Assembly (NCBI GenBank): GCA_000708835.1
Contig: DF237028.1
Coordinates: 169,473 to 233,472 of the forward strand
Length of the DNA stretch: 64,000 bases
Origin: Klebsormidium nitens
Lineage: Eukaryota; Plantae; Klebsormidiophyceae
Direction of reading: 5' to 3'
The notes beneath the pieces were generated by a model. The model worked only from the letters and a program-made list of their open reading frames with translations, had not been told where the DNA came from and did not search any database. Below are positions 1 through 13,700 of the stretch, one piece after another. The first letter of the stretch is position 1; every line of letters starts with the position of its first letter. A program made the translations under genes and the position numbers.

Positions 1-191
1 AGCCAGAAGACTTGCGCCCCAGTGAACAACCACAACTAAAGTGCACATGCGAGGCGTCGTTCGAGCTGCTCTTCCCGTCAGCCTCTGTACGTCTCCGTAA
101 GTAATCAAACCTCGTCGGTTAGCAGATTTCCCGACGGTTGACGGCGGTATCGATTCAGACTCCGAAGCCGCTTCTGTATCGTTCTGCGCAG

Positions 192-1639
192 GGCGTGAAG
201 CGGTCCGAAAAGCCTGGGCTGCGCAGCCTCCGGACAGCACGAACGCTCGAGGAAGGGATGGTAAGGCAACGGGCGCCTCCTGCATTCCTGCTTTGCTGTC
301 CTCTTTCTCAAAGTCTCTTCTGTTTAGCGTCGCTTCCCGTTCTGGTCGATGCTCTCCCTGGAAGCTTTACGAATCTTAGTGAGCTCAATATTCCGGTTTG
401 ACCTGGATGGTTCATCTTTGGTCGAAAGCTTGCACATTCAGCCTCGATCGAAGACGATAGACAATGCCCTTTCGTCCATTGCCTCTGCTCTAATACTGGG
501 TGCTTGCCGCTTCACATTCCGAGAGCTCGCTGTGCTCGAGGTGGCACACTGCACACATTGGACATTAAAGGATCAGCTTCAGTGAGAAGACACCAGTCCC
601 AGCAATGTTACCCCCACTCACAGCAGTCCGCGACTCTGAAACGTGCTTCTGTTTCCCTTTTCACAGCTAAGAAGCTTTCGTATTTGTGCTTCGCTTCGAT
701 TCACAGACTTGTTACACGGCAGGTTTCCTACCGCACGGCACCAGCCGTCGGTTGACAGTAACTGACGATAGCACGAAGAGCGGCCCTCCCTGCAGGATAC
801 TGCACGGGTCATTGCAGTGAGGCCGAATGCTACTGATAAGTACACCATTACTTGGGTCATCATGGTGGAGCCCGGTTGCTAGTGGAAGTATGATTGACAC
901 CAATCTGACACGCGGCATCTGTGCAGGTCGTCAGCGTGAAACCCAGTTGCTAATGGACGTATTATTCACACCAATGTGACACGTGGACCACGTTGTATCT
1001 ACGCAGGTCATCACGGTGGAGCCCGGTTGTTACTTCGTGGAGGCGACCTTGGGCCCCGCGCTGCAAGACCCAGATCGGAGCCGCTTCTTTGTGCTGGAGG
1101 AAATCGAGAAACTGAGGGGCTCCGGGGGGGTCAGAATAGAGGACGATGTGGTGAGGCGTCCCCCCCCCCAAAGTGCCGGCAGTTCAATCCCTTCTTCAGG
1201 ACCCTGCTTGCCGATGCCCTGGCCACCCGTTACTGCTGGTGACTGATTAGCGATTTGCAGAAGGAGTGGACATTTCTCCCTAAGGCCTCAACCCAATCCC
1301 TCCTTAGCCTTTTACTCTCGTAAAGTCCTCCAGACCTGTGGCTAAATAATTCAAACTTGCGTTTGAAAATTGACGTCCTCAACCTTGGCTGGAAAGCTTT
1401 CGGTTGGATCTCCTGAGCATTGTATACCTTGATCGTAGCGTCTGCTGAGGTCGGCAGTGCAGGCAGAGCTTAAAGTGACGTTTGTCGCGTTACCAATCAT
1501 GGATTTCCGTCTACATCGTCTCCATCAGATCGTGACTGCGGACGGGTGCGAGAACATGACGGACGTGCCAAGGAAGACGTACGAGATCGAACGGGTCATG
1601 GCGGGAGAGTCATGGCCCTTGCCAGTGTCGCGGGGGTGA
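192..1639 (+). CDS. Xaa-Pro dipeptidase (prolidase, M24B), last three exons; 5' part lies outside the window
   Basis: Exons 192-260, 1007-1150 and 1529-1639 join in phase 0 at GT/AG sites. They give [33 protein letters not shown]...GGVRIEDDV-IVTADGCENMTDVPR...*, which has the prolidase TVEPGxYF and GGVRIEDD metal-ligand motifs. Confidence 0.9.
856..1036 (+). repeat. Degenerate triple tandem repeat (~70-80 bp) spanning the 3' splice site of the prolidase TVEPG exon
   Basis: gtcatcatggtggagcccggttgcta (856), gtcgtcagcgtgaaacccagttgcta (927) and the real gtcatcacggtggagcccggttgtta (1007). The first two copies are each followed by similar tgacaccaat(c/g)tgacacg sequence. Confidence 0.8.
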
Positions 1640-2951
1640 TTTCAAAACATGCTTCGGGTCTCCGTGGAATATGGGTCGGAAACATCCAATTAGCATGCAG
1701 CTTATACGGGTAGCCAAGTGTCCGCACTCCCATTAGGGACTCAAAAGTAGCCGTTGCTTTGTCTGTAAATAACTCACCCGCTAGGCACTTTATTCCACGC
1801 AAGATTCAATTTAGGGCGGGTTGGAAAGGTCCAGCTGGATGCCCGGGTCTGTGAAGGCAGAGACTGGGACGAAGGCCCGAAGAAGGAGGCTCCAATCAAA
1901 CCGTCAGTAGTTGGTGCGCTTTACCGGCAACAATCTAAAGCTAGGCATGTACATATGTATGAAGCCTTGATCCAATGAGCGCATCGCTAGACATCAGTCA
2001 CTACCTACTATACAAACAAGCAGGCCATCATGATCTCATGGTCACCTAGCTTTGACATACATGTGTGCATTCAATGGCGGCGTTGGCAACATGGATCAAA
2101 TAGCTCGATCACGTCTGAGGGATCGGGTAAAATCAATGATATCACACCTATTGAGCTAGTGCCAGCCATGACGTCTGTAGCGCGAAATCGTGAATATAAG
2201 TATTGAACGTGGCATGGCCATATGCAATTATGTAGCGCAGCTACTCATGGATCCAGATCGACTTGCACGCACGTACAGTACACGCTGCAACGGGCCACAC
2301 CCTGACGGTATATAACAACTTCAAATTGAATATACCAGCTCTAGCAAAAAGCGGATTGCAGCTCTGCATACATGTAAGCTAGATCGAAATGTGGTAGTAT
2401 TGGTGACAACGTTGCTAGTACTAATGATCTGTTTTGGACAAAGCGACTTGATCTGCGTAGGAGGCCGCCCCACATGTTGCGAAATTTGCGGCTCAGGTCG
2501 ACTCAGGCCCAACATCGCATTCTGCAGGTGCGGTCGTACTGAATTGCTGCGGTTGCACATCATCCTTTCAATTTTGAGCATTAAGTAGCCACTGACACCA
2601 CACAAACCGACTCAGAATTCTAGATTGGACTGACAGCAAGCTCAATAACCTCTGAAGTTTCGGTTACAATAATCTGATGTAGCGCAGCAATCTTTGACCA
2701 TGGCCCTCAGCTGATGCCATGACGACACTCCTTATTGGAGAGCAAAAAGGGGACTCGAGTTTGTTGTCCGACGACCAGAAAGTTACAGTTGACATGTTTG
2801 TAAACCTTAACCTACGCAATGTGCTCAAGCAATCAATGTACATGTACGCCTACATTCTATTGGAGCGTTGAACAGACAGACCTTCCGGACACTACAAGGA
2901 CACTCTTAAGATTGCTCCATCAAATCGGCCAAATCGCAATTGACCAGAAAC

Positions 2952-4719
2952 TCAACTTGTGAGCCACTCGTTTCCTCTTGCTCCAAGCAATTCGGGGTCG
3001 ATCATCAAACTTACCGCCTGCAACAGTAAGCAACACGTTCTAAGACAATGAGCCACTGGCCACTCCCCCTGTCTCAAAAACCAATGATTGCAATTCGACC
3101 GACTCACATGGACAGACTTTTGATGCCCTTGGCAATGTGCACCTCTTCTCCACATGGTTGGACATCCGCAACAAACCCAAACAAGTATGTATCAGAACAG
3201 TCTTGCCCGTTGATAGTTCTTGCACCAATTCAGAATGAGCAGATTTTGTAAGGCAGTACGTAGACATACCTTGCCAATCCGAGGTCTTTCGCGAGTGCTC
3301 TTCAGCGAATTCTTGACCATTGACACTGCTCCCCATTCTCGCAGAGTCTCCGCAATGCCATCAAGGCGGTAGATGTACTCGTCCTCAGTCAAGGGGAAGG
3401 ATCTCTGCAAAGACAACTGTAACTATTAACATCTGCTAGGTGCTGCTTTTCTCCGCTGAATGTCAAAGAAACATGAGAAAAACGTTTTCCAGTTGTTGAG
3501 GAAAGACACTTGGATCAAGACTTTGACAAAAGTTTGAATTGAAAGGTCTGAAATCAGAAGTCTGATGTCAAGCATCTCGTGCCTTAGGTCCTGTGCTTAC
3601 ATGTTTGCCAAAGGGAAACAAAAATTGCCTGCCCTTACCTGCTCTTGATACTTCCACATGATGTTGAGCGCTAACAGCTTCCGACCCATGAAATCCTGCA
3701 TTGAAAAGGTGAAAACTCAGTTAACCATGACAGTACTGCCTTCCTGACAGATATTTGAAAGTACATGTGCTTCCTACCGGGTCACACTTGCAAAATCTGT
3801 CGTTTGTGAATATCAATTGGTGGTGAGAGCTCTGAACATGTTGAAGCAACAATTGTTGTTGAAAACTGTTAACAACCAGATGAGAAGTAAGAGAGGCCCA
3901 CCTTTTGAATGAAGATGGCATCATAAGACTTGCCATACTTCTCCCGAATGAGGTTTGCGAGGTCCGCACCCCGGAAGCTCTGGCTATCATCCTCCAGCAT
4001 TGCATTTAATCGGTTCCGGAGGTCTTGGGTGCTACTCTGCACAGGCAAGTTCACCCGATGAGTGCCTGGAACCACAGTTGCTCAGCCACAGAGAAGACAA
4101 GAAGCACAACACTTTTGCTGCAAAGAGATATACAGTACAGAAACTTGGTGAGGCCCAAGCACTCCTGGTCCTGACGCCTTGTGATTAAAGATACTTAGAT
4201 ATGTTCTCTTGGAGGATTTCCGTAAAGGTAGGACACTGTCAATGCAGCCAGCTTGCATGCAACAAACCCTGAAAGCAACAACAAAAGAAAGCCAGAAACA
4301 ACTGCTAAAAGAAACAAGATGAACTATCTTGCTTAAAAACTAGTCTAAGCAGAGAACCTCTCTTGGACTTGCCCCCCAAAGGATGCCAGATCTTGTCGGT
4401 CCCTTACCTGCCCCATATCCCCTTCCTCACCATCGTCTTCTGGCCCCAACCCTACAGGGGCAGCCGCAGATCTAACCTTCATGTTCGTCCTTCTGCAGGG
4501 CGCCTGCCTCACATTAGGCTGCCAACTCGTCCCTAGCAACTTCTCGCTGCTGTAGCTGCTGCAGGCAAAGCTGCTGGAAAGCTCTCTGAAGTCGTCCTTA
4601 CAGAATGGACTTGGGCAAACATAGCCTCGGAAGCAGGAGGACTTGCCAGCCTGAGCGTTGGGAACCAACTGCAGTGCCCGTGCTGCTGAACCGCGCAGAG
4701 CTACTGCTTGAGAAGGCAT
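2952..4719 (-). CDS. DUF3067-family protein with plastid transit peptide (cyanobacterial/plant family)
   Basis: Exons 4719-4408, 4036-3902, 3695-3639, 3404-3270 and 3017-2952 are all phase 0. Product includes LIREKYGKSYDAIFIQK-DFMGRKLLALNIMWKYQEQ-RSFPLTEDEY...RERPRIGK-AVSLM. The N-terminus MPSQAVALRGSAARAL is Ser/Ala/Arg-rich. Extra small exons between 4407 and 4037 are not excluded. Confidence 0.88.
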
Positions 4720-5654
4720 GCTTGAAACCTTGTGACCGTGGGACCCACAAGGTATGCGATGTCGACTGAGATGCTCCCCGACAACCGTGAAGAAGTCTAG
4801 GCCAAAGAGTAGTGTCAAATAGGATCACATCCGCTTGCAATCCGAGTGCCTGAAAAAGACAGCTGAAAAATGACTGATGCTTCAGTCCAGCACCTTTCAG
4901 TGGCCCCCTCTTAGCTTGATGGAAGGCAACTGGTCGGCAGTCAAGTTCACCTGCTCCAAAACCTGTGTTCAACGAGCCGGAGCTCCACACAGCCGAATCT
5001 TGCCGCCAGCCCCCCCTCCTGCACTCAGCCAGGAACTAAAAGCAGCAGCTCTCCTGCTGTTGTGGGCACCCTGAAGGCTGAGTGAAACCTGGTGAAAGAC
5101 GCAATGCTCAGCATTGACGCACGGTGTGCTGAAGGACACGTCACGGGAGGTGGCCTTCGAACTAGAGCGAGACGTCAGCGGCAAATTAAACGCATGTGCT
5201 TTCCATGCATTCAAGTTGATCGAGTTTGCCAATCCCTGGGCCTCAGTTCTGACCGGTTGTTAAACTTCTGTGTATTGGATTTCGAACCGTTCGATGCGAT
5301 CGGCTGGGACACTCCGACGTCATCGACGACAGAAATTTAGAGACATTATTTGGAGGGCAGCTTCAAGTTCAAGTTCTGAGGACTTATATAGGACTTCTTG
5401 GAAGTTCGATTGGCAGATTGCATATGCATATATGTATGGCGTCAGCTGAATGCAAGCTTGCCGCAACTTCCATTGCCAACTTGAGGGAGAGACGCTGGAG
5501 CGAGCCTGGAGGGCCTTGATCTGCGCTTTCAGTTTCCCTATTCTCTGTTGCCGGCCTCTTTGTTAGAGTTCCTGCAGCTGGGTTGGAAGCTTTGATTCGC
5601 AGGGCGTGGGCGCAGTAAGATTGTATGTAGAACTGCAGGGGCCGGGATCTCGCC

Positions 5655-8600
5655 ATGTCTCGATTTACCGAGAAGAACCCTTTCGATGACGAGACTGATG
5701 CGAATCCATTTGCGGTGGGTGACGGTTATGTCAAAATTGTTCATCCACTCTGAGGGCCTTGTCCAAATAAAATGCATCCCAGTGCTTCTGGCGCAGCAAT
5801 ACTTGCTTTTAGGTTTTCCTCTTGAGTGGAATTGACCGTGTCAGGCGCATGTCTTGCAGGATCCTGCAATCAAGTCCCATTCTCCTGGAGCAGGAGCGTA
5901 TGGCGGCGGAGCTTACTCAGGAGGAGGCACCTTTTATCAGGAGGTATGCAACCTCTCCTTATCAATGGGGAGTCAGGTTTTGGCTCACACCATCTCAGAA
6001 GGTAGATCTCAATGTAGGTGAAGGACCTGACGCTTTGTGTCTGGTGGATCTGATGTGCACCTACTGCTGTGCATTGCTTTGTGACCTATATTGAGCAGTC
6101 CTGATGTTGTCGGCTTTGATGCAGCCTTCAGTGGCTCCCGCAAAGCCTACTCCTCTGCCACCGGAGCGAGCTTCCGTGACGTCCTTCGCAAGCGACAGTG
6201 CAACTGTTGACATTCCTCTTGGAGAAGTAAGCAACCGCAGTGAGCTTTCTGTTCTGGTTCCATCCCCCAATTGTCAATGCTGGTTGCATAGCTCCATCAT
6301 GTGTTCAATAGGATGAGCGTTCTCCTCGGGTTTGCCGCCAGGCTTCTTGCATTGCTTTAGCTTCATCATCTTCTGTTTTGGATTGCTTGCAGCCAGGCTA
6401 CAAGAAGAAGGAGAAGGAGCTGAAGGCCAAGGAGAAAGAGCTGCAGAAGAAGGAAGCTGTGAGATTCTTGTTGGGCCTTCTTGGACAAAGCTGTCGAAAC
6501 TTGGAGCTGAGCACAATCACCTTTGAGGATTTGTGAATCATGATATGGAGCAGATGTCAATCGACGAACCCTAACATCTGGATCACTCAAGTACTCTATC
6601 CTTTTGATGATATAGTGATTGGATTGTCACCAATCAGGACTACGCTTGCCTGAAAAATTGGTCCTTTTCTCTTGTGCGAGCCTCAGTCAGGTATTACCCG
6701 CAATTCATCCTGAGTATTGGGCAAGTTTGGTCTGAGGAAAGGAGGAAGAAGTTCGTTCTGGATAGTTGAGCAACAATGAGCTTTAAGACGGTTGCACTGC
6801 TTCCGTCAAACCAGTCTGCTCTGCCTCTGCAGGAGCTGAAAAAGCGCGAGGAAGATGCCCGCCGCGGTGAGTGCAGCTGAAGCGATAGGCAGATTATGCA
6901 TCTCAGTGGTGATTTGCTTGCATCTTTCTTGTAAGCAGCAATGGGACAGTATGTGCAGCCAGGAGAATTGTGGGTGTGATGAACTTGAGCAGATCAATGC
7001 AAGAAGGTGGTGCACTTGTCTAGGTCCTTCATCTACAACTTCTCAGATTGGCATGGTTGTTTTCTGCAGCTGGCGTCATCATTGACACAAAGAACTGGCC
7101 CTTCTTCTTCCCCATTTTGCATCATGACATTTCTGCTGACATTCCTGAAGCTCAGCAATGGACGCAAAGGCTGGCATACTACACGTACCTTGGTAAGACA
7201 AAATCATTGGAGACGGAGAAGCATGAAGTTTGGGGAAAGAGAAGAGTGCATCTTACTATCTAGCTTCTTGTGCATTATTTGGTAACAATGGTGGCCTTTG
7301 AGCAAAGGGACCAAATGAAGGCAAAAAGTCCACTTAAGCCAGAACACTTGCCCCTGGAACTTGTCGTATTCTGAGGAGACAGCTTCAGCAGGTGGAATAC
7401 GATTCTGCGATCAGGCAAGACAGCTTGAGAGCACCTCCCATTATCTGTCAAGCTGACTCCGGATTTGCTTGGGCCCCACAGCCTTTGTTTAAATCCTGAC
7501 GAATAATGTTTCACTGATTGTTGCAACTGCAGGCTTGATGTTGTGCTTCCTGTGGAATACGGTCTGTGTCTCAGCAGGCTGGGCAAAGGGTGTCATAAGT
7601 GGCGGGAGTGGTAAGTCACTGATGCAGCACCGAGTATCCCATACTACTTCTGTGACTTGATTTCGGAGCTCCTTACATCTATCTGTTTACTGCTTGGAAG
7701 GATTTCGTAGAGGTGGCAACTGTTCACTGGATTCTTACCGCGTGCAAGGCTACTTTTCAAGCTTTTGGTTCAGACCTGACAGTGCTTTCTTTGCAGCCTT
7801 TGTTTGCTGGCTGGCGGCAATCCTCTACGCCGTTGCTGGCATCGTCCTCGCTTGGCCGCTCTGGTACAAGAGGTTGTACAACGCTATGAGGTAGGTCATG
7901 TTGGCATGCTTCTGTGGTGAATCCAGTTCTCCTTGACTGCTGACACAGGTCTCGACGCGCCTTGAAGAAGGTCCTGGCAATTGTGGAGATTTGAGCTTGT
8001 CAGAGGCGAAGATGTTCATGCTCTTTCTTAAGTTGACTGAAGTGTTAGCTTCACATGTTCATTGCCAGTCATTGCAATTCTCACTTGCGACACTGTTTGC
8101 TGGTTGCAGGAGGGATCGTGCGATGACTTTCGCATGGTTCTTCTTGATGTACCTGGTGAGTCAGAGGCGGTCAGACCCGTCATCCCATTCAACTTGGGAC
8201 AGCGACTGAGATTGCAAACCTTAGCATAAATCACACAACTTGCGCCGCAGGTCATCAAAAAAATCTAGAATGCACGTCGTAAGCTCACTTTCGCATCGTA
8301 TCTCCGAACATATCAGTTTGCTGCTTCAAAGTTTGCTGCTACAAGTCTAAAGCTTTTGGATTGTGCTTGCAGTAACGGGCGGGTGGAATCCAGTGATTTG
8401 CGAGGTCTTGCATAGACCTTCTGTAAAGTGAATCAGGACAGACTTTATCTAACATTGTTAGTGCATGATTTGGCCCACGTTAGATTTTGCTCACGTATGT
8501 GGCCATCATGCGTGTTCTCGTATATCTGCAGGTGCATATTGCTTGGTGCATCTTTGCTGCCATCGCTCCCCCTATTTTCATCAAAGGAAGCTCCCTCACG

Positions 8601-9935
8601 TAAGTTTCCTTAGCTTTTCGATAGGTAGGTATAAGTGAGGTGTCAGTTTCATCGGATTAGCAAATATGCCGCGCTTTTGGTTACTTGTTCCAAGCTGAAA
8701 TATCGTGGTCTGAAGGTGGCACGCCACTCAAGTAAAAGTACTCTACTTCCTCGCTTTGTCCCTTCCGAGACTGACAACGGGAAACTTTCGTCTTGATGCA
8801 TTGTCTTACTGTGGTTGGTTAGTGATCAAGTAAGTTTCTTGGTAATTGATTTTGTTTTTGATTGCTCCTGTGCAGCGGTTTCCTGTCCTTCATCAAGGCT
8901 CTTGATGCCGACACGGTTGTAGGGGTAAGCCGTCGGACCTTGAAAGCTTAGAGCTAGGGATGACGTTTCTAACAAAATATGGGGTCTGCTTGCTTTTGCA
9001 CGTGTCTTTACGCCGATCGTATCATGTTATCGCCGTACATTTCCGCTAGTTGCTTGCGAAGTACCCTATTCGATCAAAGGGTTTTCGCACATTCTCAAGC
9101 TGCTAGACTAGCCAGTGTCTGGAAACTTGTTGGTGACGTCATGAGCGCAGCCGCAAGTTCGGAGATTTCATCTTCATTGGCTCCCATTGTAAAATCGTCT
9201 TTAGATCCGTCCCTAGCTTGATCTTCGACATGCAAGCTCTCGCGGCAGATGACGCCGTGACTCAGATACACTGGATTCAAAACGACCAAGAACTATCTGA
9301 CTCGTTACGTGTGCAGATTATGTACCTCGTTGGTTGCATCCTGTGGGTTCTCGAGGCGTTACTTAGCATATTCGTCCTCCAGGTAAGGATCCGTGCACAA
9401 ACTTGCGAGTCTTTCACTTATGGCGACCTTACGATCAAGTTGCGTGTCGGTACAATGCTTCAAAGGACGGCCTGTACATAAGCAGCCTGAGCGATTGACG
9501 GAAAGATTCGCTAGTCATTACTTTGCTCGGCACGCACTTGTATCTGTCGCAGATTTGGATTTGCCATGCGGCAAATCTCGCACGGTTTTTGGGAGGTCTT
9601 ATAGTTGACCTGATCTGCAAGTCGTTCTTGTTTCAGCTTTCCTTCGTTTCCGTTGTATGTTCTTCTGTAATAGCAGTGACAGCAGTCTCATCCTGCAGAT
9701 TTTGATTCGTAATGCGAAATTGAATTTGGTCTAACGTTTGCCTTGCCACGCACCTTGTGACGGCGCAATCTGGCCGTTCCCTGAGGTCACTACACCTCCG
9801 AACATTTTGCGTATTTCAAGAAAACTAAGATTTCCGACTTTTCTGCAGCGCGTCTACTCGTACTTCCGTGGATCAGGAAAGGCGACGGAAGTGAAACGCC
9901 AGGGAGCTCGTGCGGTTGTCCAGGCTGCTGTGTAG
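5655..9935 (+). CDS. SCAMP: Secretory carrier membrane protein (SCAMP)
   Basis: Starts MSRFTEKNPFDDETDANPFA (two NPF motifs). Then a KKKEKELKAKEKEL coiled coil, KNWPFFFPILHHDI, WYKRLYNAMR-RDRAMTFAWFF, transmembrane exons, and a last exon 9849-9935 VYSYFRGSGK. Confidence 0.93.
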
Positions 9936-10749
9936 TATTCTGATGCCACTCCTCTTCTCTAAAAACTGTCTCTCTGCATGGCTTCCTCTGGTTAGAAAAG
10001 TGAGCTCATGCCGCAGATTCTAAGATTTGCACTCTGTTGCAGACCTCCGTGTAGGAGATTGTAAGGCTTTGGATTATCTGTCCTTTCGAGTTTCGAAGCC
10101 TTTGCTCGTAGTGAGTGCATCTAATAAGTGTGTCTCAAAAGCTGGCCCGTGATACTCCAGTGGTGAGTTGTCGATTATTTCGAGGCCGGGCATCATGGTC
10201 GAGTGCATACAAACGCATAAAGCATCAAGAGCGCCGATTCTGGTTGCAATTTACAACTTCAGGGTTTAACTAGCCATGCACCAGCGTTAGTAACCAGCTT
10301 GATCAACCCCGGCGCCACAAACTCCCATGCATGGCTTAATTACTCAAGTCCTAAGTTAAATGTAGGATGTACGTTTATTATGCGATATGGCGCGATTACA
10401 ATTGCAAATGCTGACTATAGGATTTCCCAGAAGTCGCATTGCACGCGTTGAATTCTTGATTGCTTAGTAGCTGCTACTGTTGAAACCTGCGAAGACGGTC
10501 ACTCTTAAAAGTTCAGTCTGTCATCATACACAACTTACAATACTAGCGTGCAGTATATTTTGTATGCATTCCATCCTCCTTCTGATCTGGCCTTGCATAC
10601 TGGCAGTCAAGCCAACCTTCTTATTACACACAAACATTGCCTACGAATGATATATGTAGACAACCTACCACGTCAACCTTAGTGTGAGGTAAAGTTTTGT
10701 TTTGGCCGTAAACTTTCCCCATTGCATGCGGGGTCCCAGTTTTGTTGCT

Positions 10750-13700
10750 TTAACCACCTTTGCCTGGAGCCGACCTCTTCTTCAACCGCACGTCAAAGCC
10801 CTCTGAACCTGACTCAACAACCTGGTCTTCAACTGTGCCAGTGGCCTGCTCCAGCCGGCTGTTTCCTGTACCAGGCAAATCGTCAAAGGTTAAGGGCTTC
10901 ACTGTTAGTTCAATGTCAACAGACCTGGCTTCCACTTCCGTCGTGCCGTCTCCTCGCCCCAGCTCGCCCAGAATCTTGTCACCAAGCAGCTTGCCACCCT
11001 GTTCCCCTAAAGACCCACCACTAGACTCCGTCGCTTGCGCAGCCCCCCTCAGCTCCTCCCTCTCCCCCTTGAGCCCCTCCCTACCACTCCTCCCGCGACC
11101 TTCTTTCTCGCGTTCCCGAGCGAGCACCTTCTCCCTTTCTTGTGCTGCCTTCTCCGTTTCCTCTCTCGCCCGCGCATCCTCCCTCTCCCGTTCCTCCGCC
11201 ACCCTCCTGTCCTCCTCCTCGCGCACCGCCAGCTCCTCAAACTCCCGCAACAGCCCCGCCGGTATGCTCCCTACCGTGTCCCGCGGATCCAGCGACGGCC
11301 GTTCCGGCTGCCCCCAGTCAACCACGCAGGGGGGCCGCTCTGCGCGGTCCTCCACCAGCAACTGTGCGCGGACCTGATCAGCCGGAAGTAGCACACTGGT
11401 TAGTGCGGGCCGGGAGTCACCGTAAGTGGTACTCAATTCATCAGGTCATGGCCTGTGAGGAAGCGTGGATTCAATCCCTCGCAAGCGCAACGGGGTCAAC
11501 CGATGAACCGATCAGTAGTGATATTTGCTTGTGACTCGAGGACGTTGCCGCCTGCCAGGGGCAGCTTTGCGCTGCGCCGCACTCCGAACCGATTGCCAGG
11601 CACAAAAGTGCCCCGTATTCATACTATACTGATGAGCGTTGTGTTCTCAGTCTGCTCATCCCAGGAAGTGAGCACTCACCTTCTTGGGAGGGATCCCCGG
11701 GCGGAGGACCTCCGGGAAGTAGCGGAGTCCCCGGGGAAGGTCGCTTTCGGAGTTTCGCTCGTCGAACGCGTCCTTGAGCCACGTCTTGGTGGTCACCTTG
11801 AGCGCATACTGACTCGGTTGGACCCTGCAGAAAAGAGCGCAGGAGTTCGTCACTTCAGCAAACACAAGTAAACGTTCTCGTGTCCGAAGCAGATGTCCTA
11901 CATGCTAGATGTCAGACCTGCTCCGTTGCTGAAGCGGTCCCTTCACGGCACTTATGTGAAGCAAGTCGTCGCAAAATCAGGCATTGCCGCTGAGAGCACG
12001 TGAAGTTTAGAGAAACAGAATCAAGAACGAGGATATCCAGCCCCCAATAACAAACCATGAGTTTGGGAACCCCAATATTTCAGGTACTCACCCTGAAGGG
12101 CTGCAGACTAGCATCGCAGGAGCCTACACCCTAGAATACCAAAGCCTCACAGCTCTGAAACCCTTAGCCCCTGGAAATCTGGAGCGGCTCACTTGAATGT
12201 CTGCAGGCTGGCATACTCCCGCAACACGTGCAGCATGTAGTCATACACGAGCGGCATGTTGACCTCGCGCATCAGGAACTCGGTCCCCGCGCGCCCAATC
12301 TGCTTCGCGACCCGCGGGTGCGCGCGCCCCCAGTCGACCGTCTTGCGAATGTTGGCGCATAAATTGGGGGCTTTTGCGACCGGTAGGAAGTTGACGCCCG
12401 GCTTGAGGCCCCGGTACCAGAACTCGAACCACTCGGATTCGACCATGAGGGTGGTTGCGTCGCACGCCAGGATGTACTTGCCGCTGGCGGACCAAGCCCA
12501 GCCCTCCATGTACAGCTTGAATCTGTGGCAAGGGGGTTGGGAGTCAAGCAACGAAATACTGCTGTGGTTTTCTCTTTCTTTGAGGGTCAAAGCTTGTGGT
12601 AAGACGAAGTATCCGGAAGTCCAGTATTTTGGAGCGCTCGAGACATTGAAGGCTTAAAAAGGGAGCGGAGATGGTTTGGCAGCAGGGATCCATGATTCGT
12701 CTTTATGGGGCGCAAGATAAGGTTGCTGAAGGTGCAAACCTCCTTCCACCTCAAAACTGTGCGGCCTGAAGATTTCAACTGGATACTTCATTATGAAAGT
12801 CGATTGGGTTTGGACAAAGCTGTCAAGATCAAACGGCCGTGATTTCGTGGTCCTGAACATCCTTCTCCCAAAGACTCCCCTAAATGCCCAAAGTCGAGAC
12901 TAGCATCCTCCGGCACAGCAGGGCCGCCGTGTTTTCCAAACTACCTACGTCAACGCCTACTCGCAATGAGGGAGAACCAACTGGACTTTCTTCAGACACC
13001 CAATCCTCCAGCACCTCGCCATCTCAGTAACATGCAAGACCAAGTTGAGAATGTAATGAAGAAACGGGAAACAGGCGCTCACTTGTGCTGGCACTGATTC
13101 TCCAGCAGCTTGTTGTCCACCAGTCCCTCGCCCCAATCAACGTGCCGCAACTCGACCCCCCACCTGCAGACAATGTAGCAGATTGGTGTCAAGCTTCAGT
13201 GCCTTGGGCCTTTCGATCGATCACTCTCATATCCTTCTGGGGTTTCTGCTGTAATGGCTGAGTCAGATGTAGAACCTGAGGGAGAGAGCTTCGTATATAG
13301 ACCACGAAAGCAGCTCAGCAAGAGCACGATTGTACAAACAAGTCAAAGTGACCTGTTGGGAGCAAAAATAGAGTCAACGAGAGCATGCTGCTTCACTGCG
13401 CCAGCAAAAGAAACGAGCCAGCATAAATCCACAGAAGCTAAGCAGTATGACACGTCGACATAGAGAGGCTAATGCATCATAATCGAGACACGGAGAGGAA
13501 CGGGATAGAGACACGCCCAGAACGAGAAGCCCACAAAGAGCAGCTCTTCGTGGATTACTCAGATTCAAACGCCAGGGGAACTTGTTGACGATCATAACAG
13601 CCAGGGGAACATCGGATGACAAACATAACGCCGGAACATCTGTAGCGGCGCACCTGAGCTTCTCGTTGTCTTCGCACTTCCAGAGCTCCTGGCGCGCAAG

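Noticed and set aside
5384-5657. SCAMP ATG and a 90-aa antisense ORF ATG share one CATG palindrome (5654-5657)
   Set aside because: The antisense ORF stops at 5384 with no usable in-frame splice found, and DUF3067 has its own transit-peptide start at 4719. CATG makes such overlap trivial.
6604-6653. TGATGA...CTGA pair in a SCAMP intron, like a C/D snoRNA
   Set aside because: Only ~50 nt long and no rRNA guide I could identify.
10760-11534. Plus-strand ORFs of 118-205 aa
   Set aside because: Ser/Leu/Pro-rich antisense shadows of the GAG/CGG-rich GT90 last exon.
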